Shown piece by piece: positions 30,053 through 40,593 of a stretch of 64,000 nucleotides of DNA. Every line of letters begins with the position of its first letter. The first letter of the stretch is position 1. Under the pieces are notes generated by a model. It searched no databases and had not been told where the DNA came from. It saw nothing but the letters and a program-made list of their open reading frames with translations. A program made the position numbers and the translations under genes. The stretch lies in contig JBEKLM010000002.1 of NCBI GenBank assembly GCA_050010195.1, positions 56,089 through 120,088 on the forward strand. Direction: 5' to 3'. The stretch comes from Verrucomicrobiia bacterium. GTDB lineage: Bacteria > Verrucomicrobiota > Verrucomicrobiia > Palsa-1439.

Positions 30053-30600
30053 CCCCTCACCTCGATCCTTTGCGACCGGGGCACGGCGACGTCGCGTCTC
30101 GCGGACTCGGCTCCCCCCGGAGGGGAGAGGATTCGGCGCAAAAAACGGCGGGATACCTACACAACAGGCATCCCGCCCAACAATATGGAGCGTCGCGCCC
30201 TGCCACTTGCTCGTGTTGCGCGACACGCGACCTGTCATCGTTTCGGGCTTGACTGTTGTATCGGTGTGCCGATAGGATGGGTGGGTTGGGAAGTGTTTTG
30301 CATTGCGACCGGGACGCGACGTGTTCGCGTTTGCGAGCTGGGCACGACATGCTCGCGCCTCGTCTGACTCGGCTCAGCGGCTAGTGCCGCTTTCGGCTCC
30401 GCCGCTCCCAGCGGCTTGGCTTTGAAATAGGGGGCTGCGGCTGCCTCGGAGAGGCAGCCCTACCGACGACGACGGCAGCCGGGCCGGGCTGCCCCGCCAG
30501 AGGCGGGCAAACGCGGTGCCCCGAAAGGCCTCGTGAAACGAGGTAAAGATTCGGGGTAAAGCTACAGGACGACGGCAGCCGGGCCGGCTGCCCTACAATT
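30053..30600. repeat. REP mosaic upstream of the methyltransferase
   Basis: Interrupted CCCCTCACC palindrome, TTG-hairpin units, GACGACGGCAGCCGGGCCGG x2 and GCCCTAC ends. Confidence 0.65.
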
Positions 30601-30675
30601 TATGGAGGCGGCGGGGATACCCCGAAACGACGCGGGGCATTCCGCCCAATTTCGGAGAGGGGCGCATGTCATTCC

Positions 30676-30716
30676 GTGGTTGACTTTATACCACAGTGTG
30701 GTGTAATTTCAACCAC
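30676..30716 (+). promoter_or_regulatory. Promoter overlapped by a 41-bp imperfect palindrome (putative Xre operator)
   Basis: GTGGTTGA-CT-TTATACCACA-G-TGTGGTGTAA-TT-TCAACCAC; TTGACT-N16-TGTAAT. Confidence 0.6.
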
Positions 30717-30778
30717 AATCGAACAAAAAAATTAAAAAACCGCGACGCGTTGGCGGGGTACAAATTAACGCAGGAACT

Positions 30779-31171
30779 ATGACCTTTGGCAATCTCGTGA
30801 AGGATTTGCGCATTGCGCAGAAAAAGACGCTCCGGCAGTTCTGTCTGGATCACGGGCACGACCCGAGCAACTGGAGCAAGCTGGAACGGGGGGTGAATCC
30901 GCCGCCGGGGGATGAGAAGACGCTCCAGCGGTGGGCACGGCAGTTGGGGTTGGAGGCCGGTACGGACGAGTGGCAGACGTTTATGGATTTGGCCGACATA
31001 GCGCGGGGGGAGATACCGAAGGACGTGCTGAGCGATGAGGAGCTGCTGAAGAAGTTGCCGGTGTTTTTCCGGTCGGTGCGGGGCGCGGAGTTGACCTCGC
31101 AGCAGTTGGATGAACTGATCCGGATGGTGAAGGAGGCCCATACGCCCGGTGAACGGAAGCGTAAGGTATAG
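30779..31171 (+). CDS. Xre-family HTH regulator
   Basis: FG..VK.LR.....TLRQF......DPSNWSKLERG..PPP. Confidence 0.9.
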   Translation: MTFGNLVKDLRIAQKKTLRQFCLDHGHDPSNWSKLERGVNPPPGDEKTLQRWARQLGLEAGTDEWQTFMDLADIARGEIPKDVLSDEELLKKLPVFFRSVRGAELTSQQLDELIRMVKEAHTPGERKRKV

Positions 31172-31775
31172 GGACAAGGCGGCGCTGTGGCAGGCCGCCG
31201 ATGAGTTTCGCGAGTCGGCTGAGCTTCGGGGGCATCATTTCCCGCCAATCGATGTGATCTACATCGCGGAGGTGATCCTGAAGCTGGATGTGATCCCGCT
31301 GGAGAACCTGTTTGCCGCGCAAAGGATTGACGCGGCGCTGTTGCCGGATTTGAGCGGGTTTTACATTGATGAGGACGCCTACATGTCGTGGGAGCGCGGC
31401 GTCCGCTGGATCGAGCAGCGGTTGCGGTTTTCCTTCGCGCACGAGTTGGGTCATTTTGTGTTGCACGGCAAGGAGATCGAGGAGCGGCAGTTCGAGAGCG
31501 TGGAAGAATTCAAGGGATGGGCCGCGATGCCGTCGGAGTATGGCAGCGCCGAGTACCAGGCGAACGAATTTGCGGGGCGATTTCTTGTGCCCCGTGAGAT
31601 TTTGCTGAGCGAGTACGATCAGGCGTGCAAGAACCTGGCGAGCGCGGAGCCCGGGTGGCGCGAGATTGAGGGGGCGCGTGAGTTTATCGCGAAGAAGATC
31701 GCCCCACGATTCGGCGTGAATCATCAGGTCATCGAAACGCGGTTCGACCACGAAGGCATCTGGCCGGCGGAGTAG
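31149..31775 (+). CDS. ImmA/IrrE-family metallopeptidase
   Basis: RLRFSFAHELGH (HExxH), EYQANEFAGRFLVP; overlaps the Xre gene. Confidence 0.92.
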   Translation: MNGSVRYRDKAALWQAADEFRESAELRGHHFPPIDVIYIAEVILKLDVIPLENLFAAQRIDAALLPDLSGFYIDEDAYMSWERGVRWIEQRLRFSFAHELGHFVLHGKEIEERQFESVEEFKGWAAMPSEYGSAEYQANEFAGRFLVPREILLSEYDQACKNLASAEPGWREIEGAREFIAKKIAPRFGVNHQVIETRFDHEGIWPAE

Positions 31776-31786
31776 GCGTGACGGGG

Positions 31787-32189
31787 GTCGGGAGGGGGAA
31801 TTCCAGCACCCACCCCTAGCCCCTCCTGGGAGGGGAGCGAATGGGGCGAGGGAAAGCGGCAGGGGCTGGTACGGATCAACGTGAAACGTTTAACGCGAAA
31901 CGTTCAACGCGGAACGTTCAACGTTCAAAGGTGGAGTGGGGGGAGACGAATGGCGCACCCCTCACCTCAATCCTCTCCCCCAAGGGGCGAGGAGACGCGT
32001 GGGGCGGGCGTCCGGGGCGAAACGCGGTTGGGGATGGATGGGGCGGACGGCTCGGCGAGCCGTCCCTACCAACAGGCGAATTCACGGCGACAGAGCGCCG
32101 TGGCTACATGGAGGAAACGACGGAGGCGGGAGTCGGGAGGGGGAATTCCAGCACCCACCCCTAGCCCCTCCTGGGAGGGGAGCGAATGG
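31787..32189. repeat. Perfect 58-bp direct repeat enclosing heptamer repeats and REPs
   Basis: GTCGGGAGGGGGAATTCCAGC...GCGAATGG at 31787-31844 and 32132-32189; AACGTTC-like 7-mers at 31877-31928. Confidence 0.85.
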
Positions 32190-32491
32190 AGCGAGAAAGG
32201 GCGGCGGGAGCGGGGACGGGAGGCAAGCAGTCAGTAGCTAGTAGCTGGTAGCTTGGGGGGAAGGTACTACGACGGCAAGCGGGACGCTCGCCCAATTCGG
32301 AGAGGATCGGCGGACGCAGGCGACCCCGACGTCGGATGTCGGGGCAGGCGGCGGTATGGGCGGGTGCGGGAGAGGCGGTGTAGCGGGCGATGGTGAGGTT
32401 GTGTATTTTGTCAAGGTTTATTTTGGTTGTGGGGCGGGTTTGGGAGGTTCCAAGTAGGGGGAAGTGGAGGGAAACAGGGGGTAGTATGAGT

Positions 32492-33910
32492 TCACTTGGC
32501 GCCGAGGCCGGTGAGGACGATGGGGATGGTGCGGGCGAGGATTTTGAGGTCGAGCCAGAGGGACCAGTTGTCGATGTATTGCATGTCGAGTTTCATCCAC
32601 TGGTCGAAGGCGATGCGGTTGCGGCCGCTGATTTGCCAGAGGCAGGTGAGGCCGGGTTTCATGGAGAGGCGGCGGCGATGCCAGGGGTCGTAGTGGACGA
32701 CTTCGGTGGGGATGGGGGGGCGCGGGCCGACGAGGGACATGTCGCCGGCGATGACGTTCCAGAGTTGGGGGAGCTCGTCGATGCTGGTTTTGCGGAGGAA
32801 GCGGCCGAAGGGGGTGATGCGGGGGTCTTCCTCCATTTTGAAGGCCGGGCCGCGCATTTCGTTGAAGACCTCGAGTTCGGCCTGGAGCATTTCGGCGTTG
32901 GTGATCATGGAGCGGAACTTGTACATGGTGAAGAGGCGTCCGTGGCGGCCGCTGCGCTTCTGCTTGAAGAGGACGGGGCCGGGCGAGATGAGCTTGAGGG
33001 TGATGGCGACGGGCAGCATGACGAGCGGGCCGAGGATGAGCAGGCCGAGGGTCGAGCCGATGACGTCGATGAGCCGCTTGGCGACAAGTTGCCAGGAAAT
33101 CTCGGGGGTGGTGCGGAAGATCAGCAGGGGCTTGCCATAGAAATCGTCGACGGTGGCGCGGGCGATGGAGGTCTTCACGAAGTCGGCCACGAGCCAGGCC
33201 TCGACGCCTTCGACTTCGCAGGCGAGGATCGCCTTCTCGATTTCACCGAAGGCGGTCTGGCTGACGTTGAAGACCACGCAGCCGACGGGGTAGCGGTGGA
33301 GCATCGCGGGAAGTTCGGAAACCAGGTTCATATTGGAGTCGAGTTTGGCGGCGACACGGAGGCTCCATTCCGGGTGTTCGTCGAGCAGCGTGGCGAACTC
33401 GGCATTGCGTTCCTCGGAGCCGACGAGGATGATCTCGGTGACTTCCTTTCCGCTCCGAGCGCGATGGCGCAGGAACGCCTGAAAGAGTCGATCCTTCACA
33501 TACAGCACGACGATGCTGAACAACGAGAAGATCACCACGACGCCACGGCTGAGCATGGCCAGACGGAAGAAGAACATGGCCGCCATGACCGCCAGCGTGC
33601 AGATGATGCTGCTCTTTACGAGAATCCATACCGTGTCGCGACGCTGCTGGCTGTGGGAGCGGCTGTAGAAGCCATTCACATCGAGAAGAAACGGATACAG
33701 GGGGAGTATGATCAGGTACAACCACTTGTAATAGCGAAAGGGCGCGATCATTCCGTGCTCAATCGTGTACCCGAGGATGTGGTACGGAAAGGGAAACGAA
33801 AAGGCGAGTTGCTCGCGCAACGCGTGGGCAAACCAAAAAACGACGGCAATCAGCAGCCCGTCAACGATCTGACTGGCTTGAATGATGAATTCTCTTCGTC
33901 TATCTGCCAT
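32492..33910 (-). CDS. Priming polyprenyl-phosphate sugar transferase (WcaJ-like)
   Basis: N-terminal TMs; KRLIDV, YKFRSM, DPRIT, DELPQL, SLVGPRP, KPGLT. Confidence 0.95.
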   Translation of the reverse strand: MADRRREFIIQASQIVDGLLIAVVFWFAHALREQLAFSFPFPYHILGYTIEHGMIAPFRYYKWLYLIILPLYPFLLDVNGFYSRSHSQQRRDTVWILVKSSIICTLAVMAAMFFFRLAMLSRGVVVIFSLFSIVVLYVKDRLFQAFLRHRARSGKEVTEIILVGSEERNAEFATLLDEHPEWSLRVAAKLDSNMNLVSELPAMLHRYPVGCVVFNVSQTAFGEIEKAILACEVEGVEAWLVADFVKTSIARATVDDFYGKPLLIFRTTPEISWQLVAKRLIDVIGSTLGLLILGPLVMLPVAITLKLISPGPVLFKQKRSGRHGRLFTMYKFRSMITNAEMLQAELEVFNEMRGPAFKMEEDPRITPFGRFLRKTSIDELPQLWNVIAGDMSLVGPRPPIPTEVVHYDPWHRRRLSMKPGLTCLWQISGRNRIAFDQWMKLDMQYIDNWSLWLDLKILARTIPIVLTGLGAK

Positions 33911-33976
33911 TGGAACGCTCCGGCGTCCCTGGTGCGCCGTCCACCAACCCGCAGGCAGTCGGTTCCGCCAGCGCGG

Positions 33977-34762
33977 CTATTTTTCGATCAGGGACGGGTA
34001 GATGTCCTGAATGAATTTGGAGACCACTTTCATCGCAGCGTCTTGCGACTTGACGGCGGCGCCCCGTTCCGCATCGCCCTGGATCGGCAGGTGAATCAGG
34101 ATGTAGGCCCAACGGTGGTTTGTATTGTAAAAGACCCGATCCTTGGCGGTCCAGTAGATCCGTTGCCAGTGATAGGGCGTCATCCGATCCTTGCCGACAA
34201 ACCAATAGGCAAACACCGACCGCGCCTCAGTCGTCCGGCCATCGGCCAGCCGGACCGTGCGAGAGGCGTTCATGCGCATCACACTCAACACGCCGCCCGT
34301 CGCTGTTGCCACGGGGATGGATTGCGTGTACTCGCTCTGGATTTTCCAACCTTGACCGGGCAGGCAGAGTTCGGGCCGGTGAATACTCGTTACGTCGCGT
34401 CCCGCCAGAACAATCGAGCAAAACAGCTCGTTGCCATCCTTGTCCCTAAAGAGCCGCCGCGAGCCTTCTGTATCCTTGGGCAGAAGGCGCTGTTCGTCCT
34501 CGGTCAAACCTGTCTTCTCCCCGCCTGACCAATCGCCCGCCCGATCGACCAGATACGGGGTCCCATCGGGATACAATTTCACACCCGGCTCGGAAACTTT
34601 CGCCACGTCAGAAGTCGTTGCCGTGAGCAACACCCCGACCGCCAGGATCACCACCACGATGGAGATTTGTTTCGTGCTCGGACCCCGTCGGTGTGGCGCG
34701 GCGGGTTGTCCGGCCGGTTCTACAGCCGCTGGCGGCGTTGTTGTTGCGGATGATTCACTCAT
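33977..34762 (-). CDS. Exosortase-associated EpsI-family protein
   Basis: N-terminal TM, SIHRPELCLPGQGW, AYWF; immediately follows the exosortase. Confidence 0.85.
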   Translation of the reverse strand: MSESSATTTPPAAVEPAGQPAAPHRRGPSTKQISIVVVILAVGVLLTATTSDVAKVSEPGVKLYPDGTPYLVDRAGDWSGGEKTGLTEDEQRLLPKDTEGSRRLFRDKDGNELFCSIVLAGRDVTSIHRPELCLPGQGWKIQSEYTQSIPVATATGGVLSVMRMNASRTVRLADGRTTEARSVFAYWFVGKDRMTPYHWQRIYWTAKDRVFYNTNHRWAYILIHLPIQGDAERGAAVKSQDAAMKVVSKFIQDIYPSLIEK

Positions 34763-34775
34763 GAAACTTTTCCCA

Positions 34776-35930
34776 TCAGGCTGCAGGCGGAAGCCTATCG
34801 TCATCCAGCCCCTTGTCCGGCGGCGGTGGCGGCGGATTCAGCCAGTTTTGGAACACGCGGCGAAATGGAAAATTCAACAGCAGTCCGATGAGTACCATCA
34901 CCGCGAGAGCTACTGGAAAGAGGATAAACCCCGACCACTCGTGGTAAACCTCCGTGGCCGTTTTCTGACCGTATACTTGGGCCACCAGCGCGATCGAGAT
35001 CACCCGCGCCAGGTTGCCGAGCACTGCCAACGGCATGGCGCAAAAAAACAAAATCCAACGCTTCCACTGCGCCCGTTGCGTGACATAGGCGTAGGCGGCG
35101 GTAACGGTTGTCAGCGCCATCAGCGAGCGGATCCCGCTGCAGGGATCGGCCACATCAAAACTAAACACGGGGGAGATGATGCCGGACCCGCGTTGCACCG
35201 CTTCGATGCCCATCCCGTTCAAGGCCATTGTGGAAATCCTGGCAACGAACATCCGCAACGGAAACCCGACCACGTCGTCCAGAAAATTCAGTGGCACCAT
35301 CAGGAAGAGAAACGTGATCGGGAAAAACACTAGACGAAAAACATCGCGACCACGAAAACTCAACGCCAAGCCGTACAACAACACAATCCCCGAGACGACA
35401 ACCACGCGGGGCTGGACGGCTTTCACTCCCAGATAATACATCGTCATCGCCACCGCCACGACCGCCGGTCCGGCCGTCGTGGACGGCTCCTCTTGTCCCA
35501 CCAAATGTCCCCGCAACGCCCACACCTGCCACGCCATTGTCAACGGCAGCAACATCAGCGACCAGTAGTAGGCCTTCTCCTCCCAATCCTTGTTAATGGA
35601 ACCGCCAACGATCCAGATCATCAAAACGGCACCGGCGCCCCCCATCGCCTGCCAATACGGTCCCCAATCTTCATTTCCGGGGCCATGCTCCGATAGGTTC
35701 CACCACAGCAGAGCCGAAGCAATCAAGGGAATCAGCGGACCGTGCGAGTAATTCGAGATCCGGCTCCAATGCACGATCAACCACTGCCAGCACGTGAGGT
35801 CGTGCTCGACTCGCTGCCCCCAATACGCGTAGACCGCCAATCCCGCCAGAACAACGCACAAGGCACCCTTCCGCCAATCGATTGGCAAAGGGGAAACCCC
35901 GACGGCGGCGCTGGCTGAACCATTACCCAT
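34776..35930 (-). CDS. Exosortase
   Basis: YSHGPLIP, CSGIRS (Cys), NLARV (Arg), YHEWSG (His). Confidence 0.92.
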   Translation of the reverse strand: MGNGSASAAVGVSPLPIDWRKGALCVVLAGLAVYAYWGQRVEHDLTCWQWLIVHWSRISNYSHGPLIPLIASALLWWNLSEHGPGNEDWGPYWQAMGGAGAVLMIWIVGGSINKDWEEKAYYWSLMLLPLTMAWQVWALRGHLVGQEEPSTTAGPAVVAVAMTMYYLGVKAVQPRVVVVSGIVLLYGLALSFRGRDVFRLVFFPITFLFLMVPLNFLDDVVGFPLRMFVARISTMALNGMGIEAVQRGSGIISPVFSFDVADPCSGIRSLMALTTVTAAYAYVTQRAQWKRWILFFCAMPLAVLGNLARVISIALVAQVYGQKTATEVYHEWSGFILFPVALAVMVLIGLLLNFPFRRVFQNWLNPPPPPPDKGLDDDRLPPAA

Positions 35931-36024
35931 GCGGCCTACTAGTGTAGTTTGCGCGCCGCCCAAAGTCAAACGCCAGCGTGGCCCCCGACCTGCCGGTGGC
36001 GCAACCGAGCATCAAACCCCATCC

Positions 36025-36144
36025 AACGAACCCAATTAATAGGGGGGACGAACCCAACGAAAGAATCAAGTTCTAAGCATCCTAACTGCCTGTCCCACAA
36101 TCTCATTCGCGCACACTTTTAGACAGCACATCATTGGGTTCGTT
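36025..36144. repeat. MITE-like element bounded by AACGAACCCAAT inverted repeats
   Basis: AACGAACCCAAT 36025-36036, ACGAACCCAA 36048-36057, ATTGGGTTCGTT 36133-36144; AT-richer interior. Confidence 0.6.
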
Positions 36145-36429
36145 TCGCAAAAACACCCTTTTTGCGTGCCCCCATCCCCCGTAGCGTCGGCCGTCCTGCC
36201 GTCTGCTGTATGCAACGCAACACACTTGCATACAGATGGATGGCGTAAGATGAACGGTATCATGCTCCACACCAATAGGTTGGGCTTTCACGATGGCGAC
36301 ATTACTCGCGCCCACTCAGGCTTCATCCGACAGAGCCACGAACGATCCCCAGGCCCGATCCCTCGGGCATGAGGCTCTCTGGTGTTCGACGAGCCCGTTG
36401 ATTTCCTCCTCCCCTGCGAACCGCCAGCC

Positions 36430-37998
36430 TTACAACCCACCCGCCTCAATCTCCAAGACCACAACCGATTTCGCAGGGAGCGTGACCGACAGGTCATCGC
36501 CTTCGAGATCGAAGGCAGTGAAGGCCATCGGTGTCACGGCTTCCGGATCGTCGAACGTATTGTGCGCGTCCATCGTCGCTGCCGTGAGGATGCGGCCCGT
36601 GATGCTCTTCACCGCCGCGCCGGCCAGCTTCGCCGCGACCGTGCTCGCCCGTTGCGGATCCAGATTGACGAGCGAAACATGAATGCGCCCGGCCCGGTCC
36701 CGCGACGCGGTCGCGTCGACCGACGGCACCGCGCTGTCCCCCAACTTGTACTCGGAGGTGGTAATCTCCACGGGTAGCCACATCGCGTCCTGGTGCACCT
36801 TGTACATCTCGAACACATGGTACGTCGGGGTGACGGTCATCTTCTCTTTGTCGGTCAGGATCATCGCCTGCAACACGTTCACCATCTGCGCGATGTTCGC
36901 CATCACCACCCGGTCGCAATGCCGCTGGAATATGTCCAAGTTCACCGCCGCCACGATGGCGTCGCGCATCGTGTTCTGCTGATACAGGAAACCGGGGTTG
37001 CCGCCGGGCTCGACATCAAACCAGTCGCCCCATTCGTCCACGACCAACCCCACGCGCCTCTGCGGATCATACTTATCCATGATCGCCGCGGTCCGCGCGA
37101 GCATCCCGTCCATCTGCAACGTCTCCCGCAGCGTCGAATGCCATTCCTCCTCCGTAAACCCCGTCGCCGTGCCCTTCTTCGTCCATCGCCCCGACGGAAT
37201 CGTGTAATAGTGCAACGATAACCCGTTCATCTGCCGGCCCACCATCGACATGACCGCCTCCGTCCAGTTGTCGTCTCCGGCGCTTGGGCCGCACGCGATG
37301 CGCTCGACCCGATTGCCCGGGTCGTCCTTCACAAACGTGTTATACCTCCGATAATTGTCCGCATAAAACTCCGGCCGCATGTTGCCGCCGCATCCCCAAC
37401 TCTCGTTCCCCATCCCGAGGTACGGGAGCTTCCACGGCTTCTCGCGCCCGTTCGACCGGCGCAGGTTGGCCAGCGCCGTGTCCGCATCCGAGGTGATGTA
37501 TTCGACCCAGTCCTTCATCTCCTCGGGCGTCCCGCTGCCGAGGTTGCCGCAAATGTATGGTTCGCACCCGAGTTGCTCGCACAAATCCAGGAATTCGTGC
37601 GTCCCGAATGCATTGTCCTCCACCACGCCGCCCCAATGCGTGTTGATCGTCCGCGGCCGGTCCTGCGTCGGGCCGATCCCGTCCCGCCAGTGATACTCAT
37701 CCGCGAAACAACCGCCCGGCCACCGCAACACCGGCACATTCAGCCGCTTCAACGCCGCCACCACGTCTTTGCGGATGCCGCGCGTGTTCGGGATCGGCGA
37801 CCCCTCGCCGACCCACACGCCTTCGTAAATGCCACGCCCCAGATGCTCCGCGAACTGCCCGTAAATGTTCCGGTTGATCGTGCCACCGGGTTTGTCGGCA
37901 TGAATCGTCAGCGTGGCCTTCACGGGCGCGGGCGCAGAATCCTGCGCCACAACGTTCCCGATCATCCCCGCCACAATGAGAAGCGTAATCACTTTCAT
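36430..37998 (-). CDS. Alpha-L-arabinofuranosidase (GH51) with signal peptide
   Basis: [42 protein letters not shown]. Confidence 0.95.
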   Translation of the reverse strand: MKVITLLIVAGMIGNVVAQDSAPAPVKATLTIHADKPGGTINRNIYGQFAEHLGRGIYEGVWVGEGSPIPNTRGIRKDVVAALKRLNVPVLRWPGGCFADEYHWRDGIGPTQDRPRTINTHWGGVVEDNAFGTHEFLDLCEQLGCEPYICGNLGSGTPEEMKDWVEYITSDADTALANLRRSNGREKPWKLPYLGMGNESWGCGGNMRPEFYADNYRRYNTFVKDDPGNRVERIACGPSAGDDNWTEAVMSMVGRQMNGLSLHYYTIPSGRWTKKGTATGFTEEEWHSTLRETLQMDGMLARTAAIMDKYDPQRRVGLVVDEWGDWFDVEPGGNPGFLYQQNTMRDAIVAAVNLDIFQRHCDRVVMANIAQMVNVLQAMILTDKEKMTVTPTYHVFEMYKVHQDAMWLPVEITTSEYKLGDSAVPSVDATASRDRAGRIHVSLVNLDPQRASTVAAKLAGAAVKSITGRILTAATMDAHNTFDDPEAVTPMAFTAFDLEGDDLSVTLPAKSVVVLEIEAGGL

Positions 37999-38148
37999 AA
38001 TCCGGTCCGGACGCTTCTTATCCTGTTTCCCCATCACTTCCGCAACCATTTCCTGAGCCGCCCGCATCTACGGCTTGCTGTGCAGGACGCCCGGCGATAC
38101 TGTCGGCATCGACATGCGTGCGGCTTCGGTCATCGAAGGAGGAAAATC

Positions 38149-39921
38149 ATGGGACAGAATATAGTGAGCAGGTTCTTCGTCCGTCTACTGACGACCATCG
38201 GCGCCGTCGTTCTCCTCGCGGCGATCATCGGTGCGACTTCCTTCCTCATTGTTAAGAGGTCCATCCCGTCCAAGGTGATTCTCGAAGTTGATCTCGAAAA
38301 ACGTCTGGTCGAATACGTGCCGGACGATCCCGTCGCGCGGATCGTCTCGGGCCGCACGCCAACGATGCTCGACCTGATCGAAGCCCTGCAACGCGCCTCC
38401 GCCGACAAACGCGTCGTCGGCCTGATCGCCCGCGTCGGGGAAGCCGGTTTACCGCTGGCCGATGTCCAGGAGATTCGCGACGCCGTCATCGCCTTCCGCC
38501 ACACCGGCAAACCCACCATCGCCTACGCCGAGACATTCGGCGAAGGCGGGAAGGCCAACGGCTCGTATTACCTCGCCACCGCCTTCGACAAGATTTACCT
38601 CCAGCCGTCGGGCGACGTCGGCCTGGCCGGCCTGATGGCCGAAACCCCGTTCCTCCGCGGCACACTCGACAAACTCGGTTTCATCCCGCGCATGGATCAC
38701 CGCGCCGAGTACAAGAACGCGATGAACGAGCTGACCGAGACGAAGTACACTCCCGCACACAAGGAGGCGACCGAAAGGATCGTCGACTCGTCTTTCGGCC
38801 AGCTCGTCGCGGGAATCGCCGAGGCCCGCCAGATGTCCACCAACGACGTGCGCACGTTGATCGATCGCGGCCCGTTCCCCGCCGACGAAGCGCTCGACGC
38901 CAAACTCGTCGACAAGCTCGCCTACCGCGATGCCGCCTATGACGACATCAAGAAAAAGCTCGGTCCCCACGTCAAATTCCTCTACGTATCGAAATACCTC
39001 GACCGCGCCGGCTCGCCCTACGACGAAGGCACGACTGTGGCGCTCATCTACGGCGTCGGCAATATTCTCCGCGGTAAAAGCGGCTACAACCCCATCTTCC
39101 AGGATGTCTCGATGGGAGCCGACACGGTTGCCGCTGCCTTCCGCGCAGCTGCGGACGACAAGAGCGTGAAAGCCATCCTGTTTCGGATCGATAGCGGCGG
39201 CGGGTCGTACGTCGCTTCCGACACGATCTGGCGGGAGGTGGCCCGCGCCAAAAAAGCCGGCAAACCAATCATTGTCTCCATGGGCGCCGTGGCCGGCTCC
39301 GGCGGCTATTTCATCGCCCTGCCCGCCGACAAAATCGTTGCCCAACCCGCCACGCTCACGGCGTCCATCGGCGTGTTCGCCGGCAAGTTCCTCACCACCA
39401 ATTTCTGGGACAAACTCGGCATCTCTTGGGACGAAGTCCACACCAGTTCCAACGCCATGGTGTTCACCGGCCTGCAGGATTACACACCCGAGCAGTGGAC
39501 ACGGTTTGAAGGCTGGCTGGATCGCATCTACGACGATTTCACCACCAAGGTTGCCGAAGGCCGCAAACTTCCCAAGGAAAAGGTCCTCGAGATCGCCAAG
39601 GGCCGCGTCTGGACCGGCGAGGACGCCAAGGCGCTCGGATTGGTGGACGAACTCGGCGGATTTCCCGTGGCCCTGCGTCTCGTGCGCGAAGCCGCGAAGT
39701 TGCCCGTGGATGCGAAAATCAAACTGAAACTGTTCCCACATCCACAATCGCCCCTCGAACGATTGCTTGGCGAGGGCCCCGACAGCAGCCAGAAGGCCGG
39801 CGACGAAACCATCGCCCGCGCCCTGGAAATCATTCAACCCCTCGCCCGCGCCGCCCGCGACCTCGGCCTCACCACCGACACCGACGTCCTTCGCATGCCC
39901 GACCCCGGCGTGGAACCGTAA
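38149..39921 (+). CDS. sppA: Signal peptide peptidase SppA (67K type)
   Basis: AGGAGG RBS; TM; YYLATAFD, EYKNA, RIDSGGGS, AGSGGY, KGRVWTG. Confidence 0.93.
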   Translation: MGQNIVSRFFVRLLTTIGAVVLLAAIIGATSFLIVKRSIPSKVILEVDLEKRLVEYVPDDPVARIVSGRTPTMLDLIEALQRASADKRVVGLIARVGEAGLPLADVQEIRDAVIAFRHTGKPTIAYAETFGEGGKANGSYYLATAFDKIYLQPSGDVGLAGLMAETPFLRGTLDKLGFIPRMDHRAEYKNAMNELTETKYTPAHKEATERIVDSSFGQLVAGIAEARQMSTNDVRTLIDRGPFPADEALDAKLVDKLAYRDAAYDDIKKKLGPHVKFLYVSKYLDRAGSPYDEGTTVALIYGVGNILRGKSGYNPIFQDVSMGADTVAAAFRAAADDKSVKAILFRIDSGGGSYVASDTIWREVARAKKAGKPIIVSMGAVAGSGGYFIALPADKIVAQPATLTASIGVFAGKFLTTNFWDKLGISWDEVHTSSNAMVFTGLQDYTPEQWTRFEGWLDRIYDDFTTKVAEGRKLPKEKVLEIAKGRVWTGEDAKALGLVDELGGFPVALRLVREAAKLPVDAKIKLKLFPHPQSPLERLLGEGPDSSQKAGDETIARALEIIQPLARAARDLGLTTDTDVLRMPDPGVEP

Positions 39922-40008
39922 GACGGTCTTTCTCGCTGGCTGACAAATGGGTTGTCGCCGATGCGCTGGCGGTCTAAATTCGGGGTGAATCCAGAAAGGA
40001 TGGTTGCG

Positions 40009-40590
40009 ATGGCTTTCACATTACAAATCGGAGACAAGGCGCCGGATTTCAAATTGCCCGCCACGGACGGCAAGACCTATCGGCTCGCGGATTTCAGCGA
40101 TGCCAAAGTCCTCGTCATCTTCTTTACCTGCAACCATTGTCCCTACGTGACGGGTTCCGACGAGGTCACGCGGAAGACGGCCGAGCAATTCGCCGCGCAG
40201 GGCGTGAAATTCGTCGGCATCAATTCCAACAGCAAAAACACGTACCACGAAGACGACTTCCCGCACATGGTCCAGCGCATGGAAGAAAACAAGTTTCCCT
40301 GGGTGTACCTGTATGACGAATCGCAGGAAGTGGCCCGCGCCTACGGTGCCCTCCGAACACCGCACTTCTACGTGTTCGACCGCGCCCGCAAACTCGTCTA
40401 CACGGGGCGCGGCGTGGATACTCCGCGCGATACGAGCAAAATGACCGTCAACGATCTGGAGAACGCCCTGCGCGAGCATCTCGCGGGCAAATCCGTGTCC
40501 AAACCCCTGACCAATCCCATCGGCTGCAACGTCAAATGGGACGGCAAAGACCAGCATTGGATGCCCGCCGACGCCTGCGACCTGGTCTGA
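40009..40590 (+). CDS. Thioredoxin-like AhpC/TSA family protein
   Basis: [24 protein letters not shown]. Confidence 0.9.
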   Translation: MAFTLQIGDKAPDFKLPATDGKTYRLADFSDAKVLVIFFTCNHCPYVTGSDEVTRKTAEQFAAQGVKFVGINSNSKNTYHEDDFPHMVQRMEENKFPWVYLYDESQEVARAYGALRTPHFYVFDRARKLVYTGRGVDTPRDTSKMTVNDLENALREHLAGKSVSKPLTNPIGCNVKWDGKDQHWMPADACDLV

Positions 40591-40593
40591 GCG

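Noticed and set aside
32390-34528. 712-aa plus-strand ORF, and similar long ORFs at 28-855, 11320-12360, 25094-26026, 38449-39837 and 55282-56670
   Set aside because: Antisense shadows of clearly recognisable genes in GC-rich DNA; no motifs
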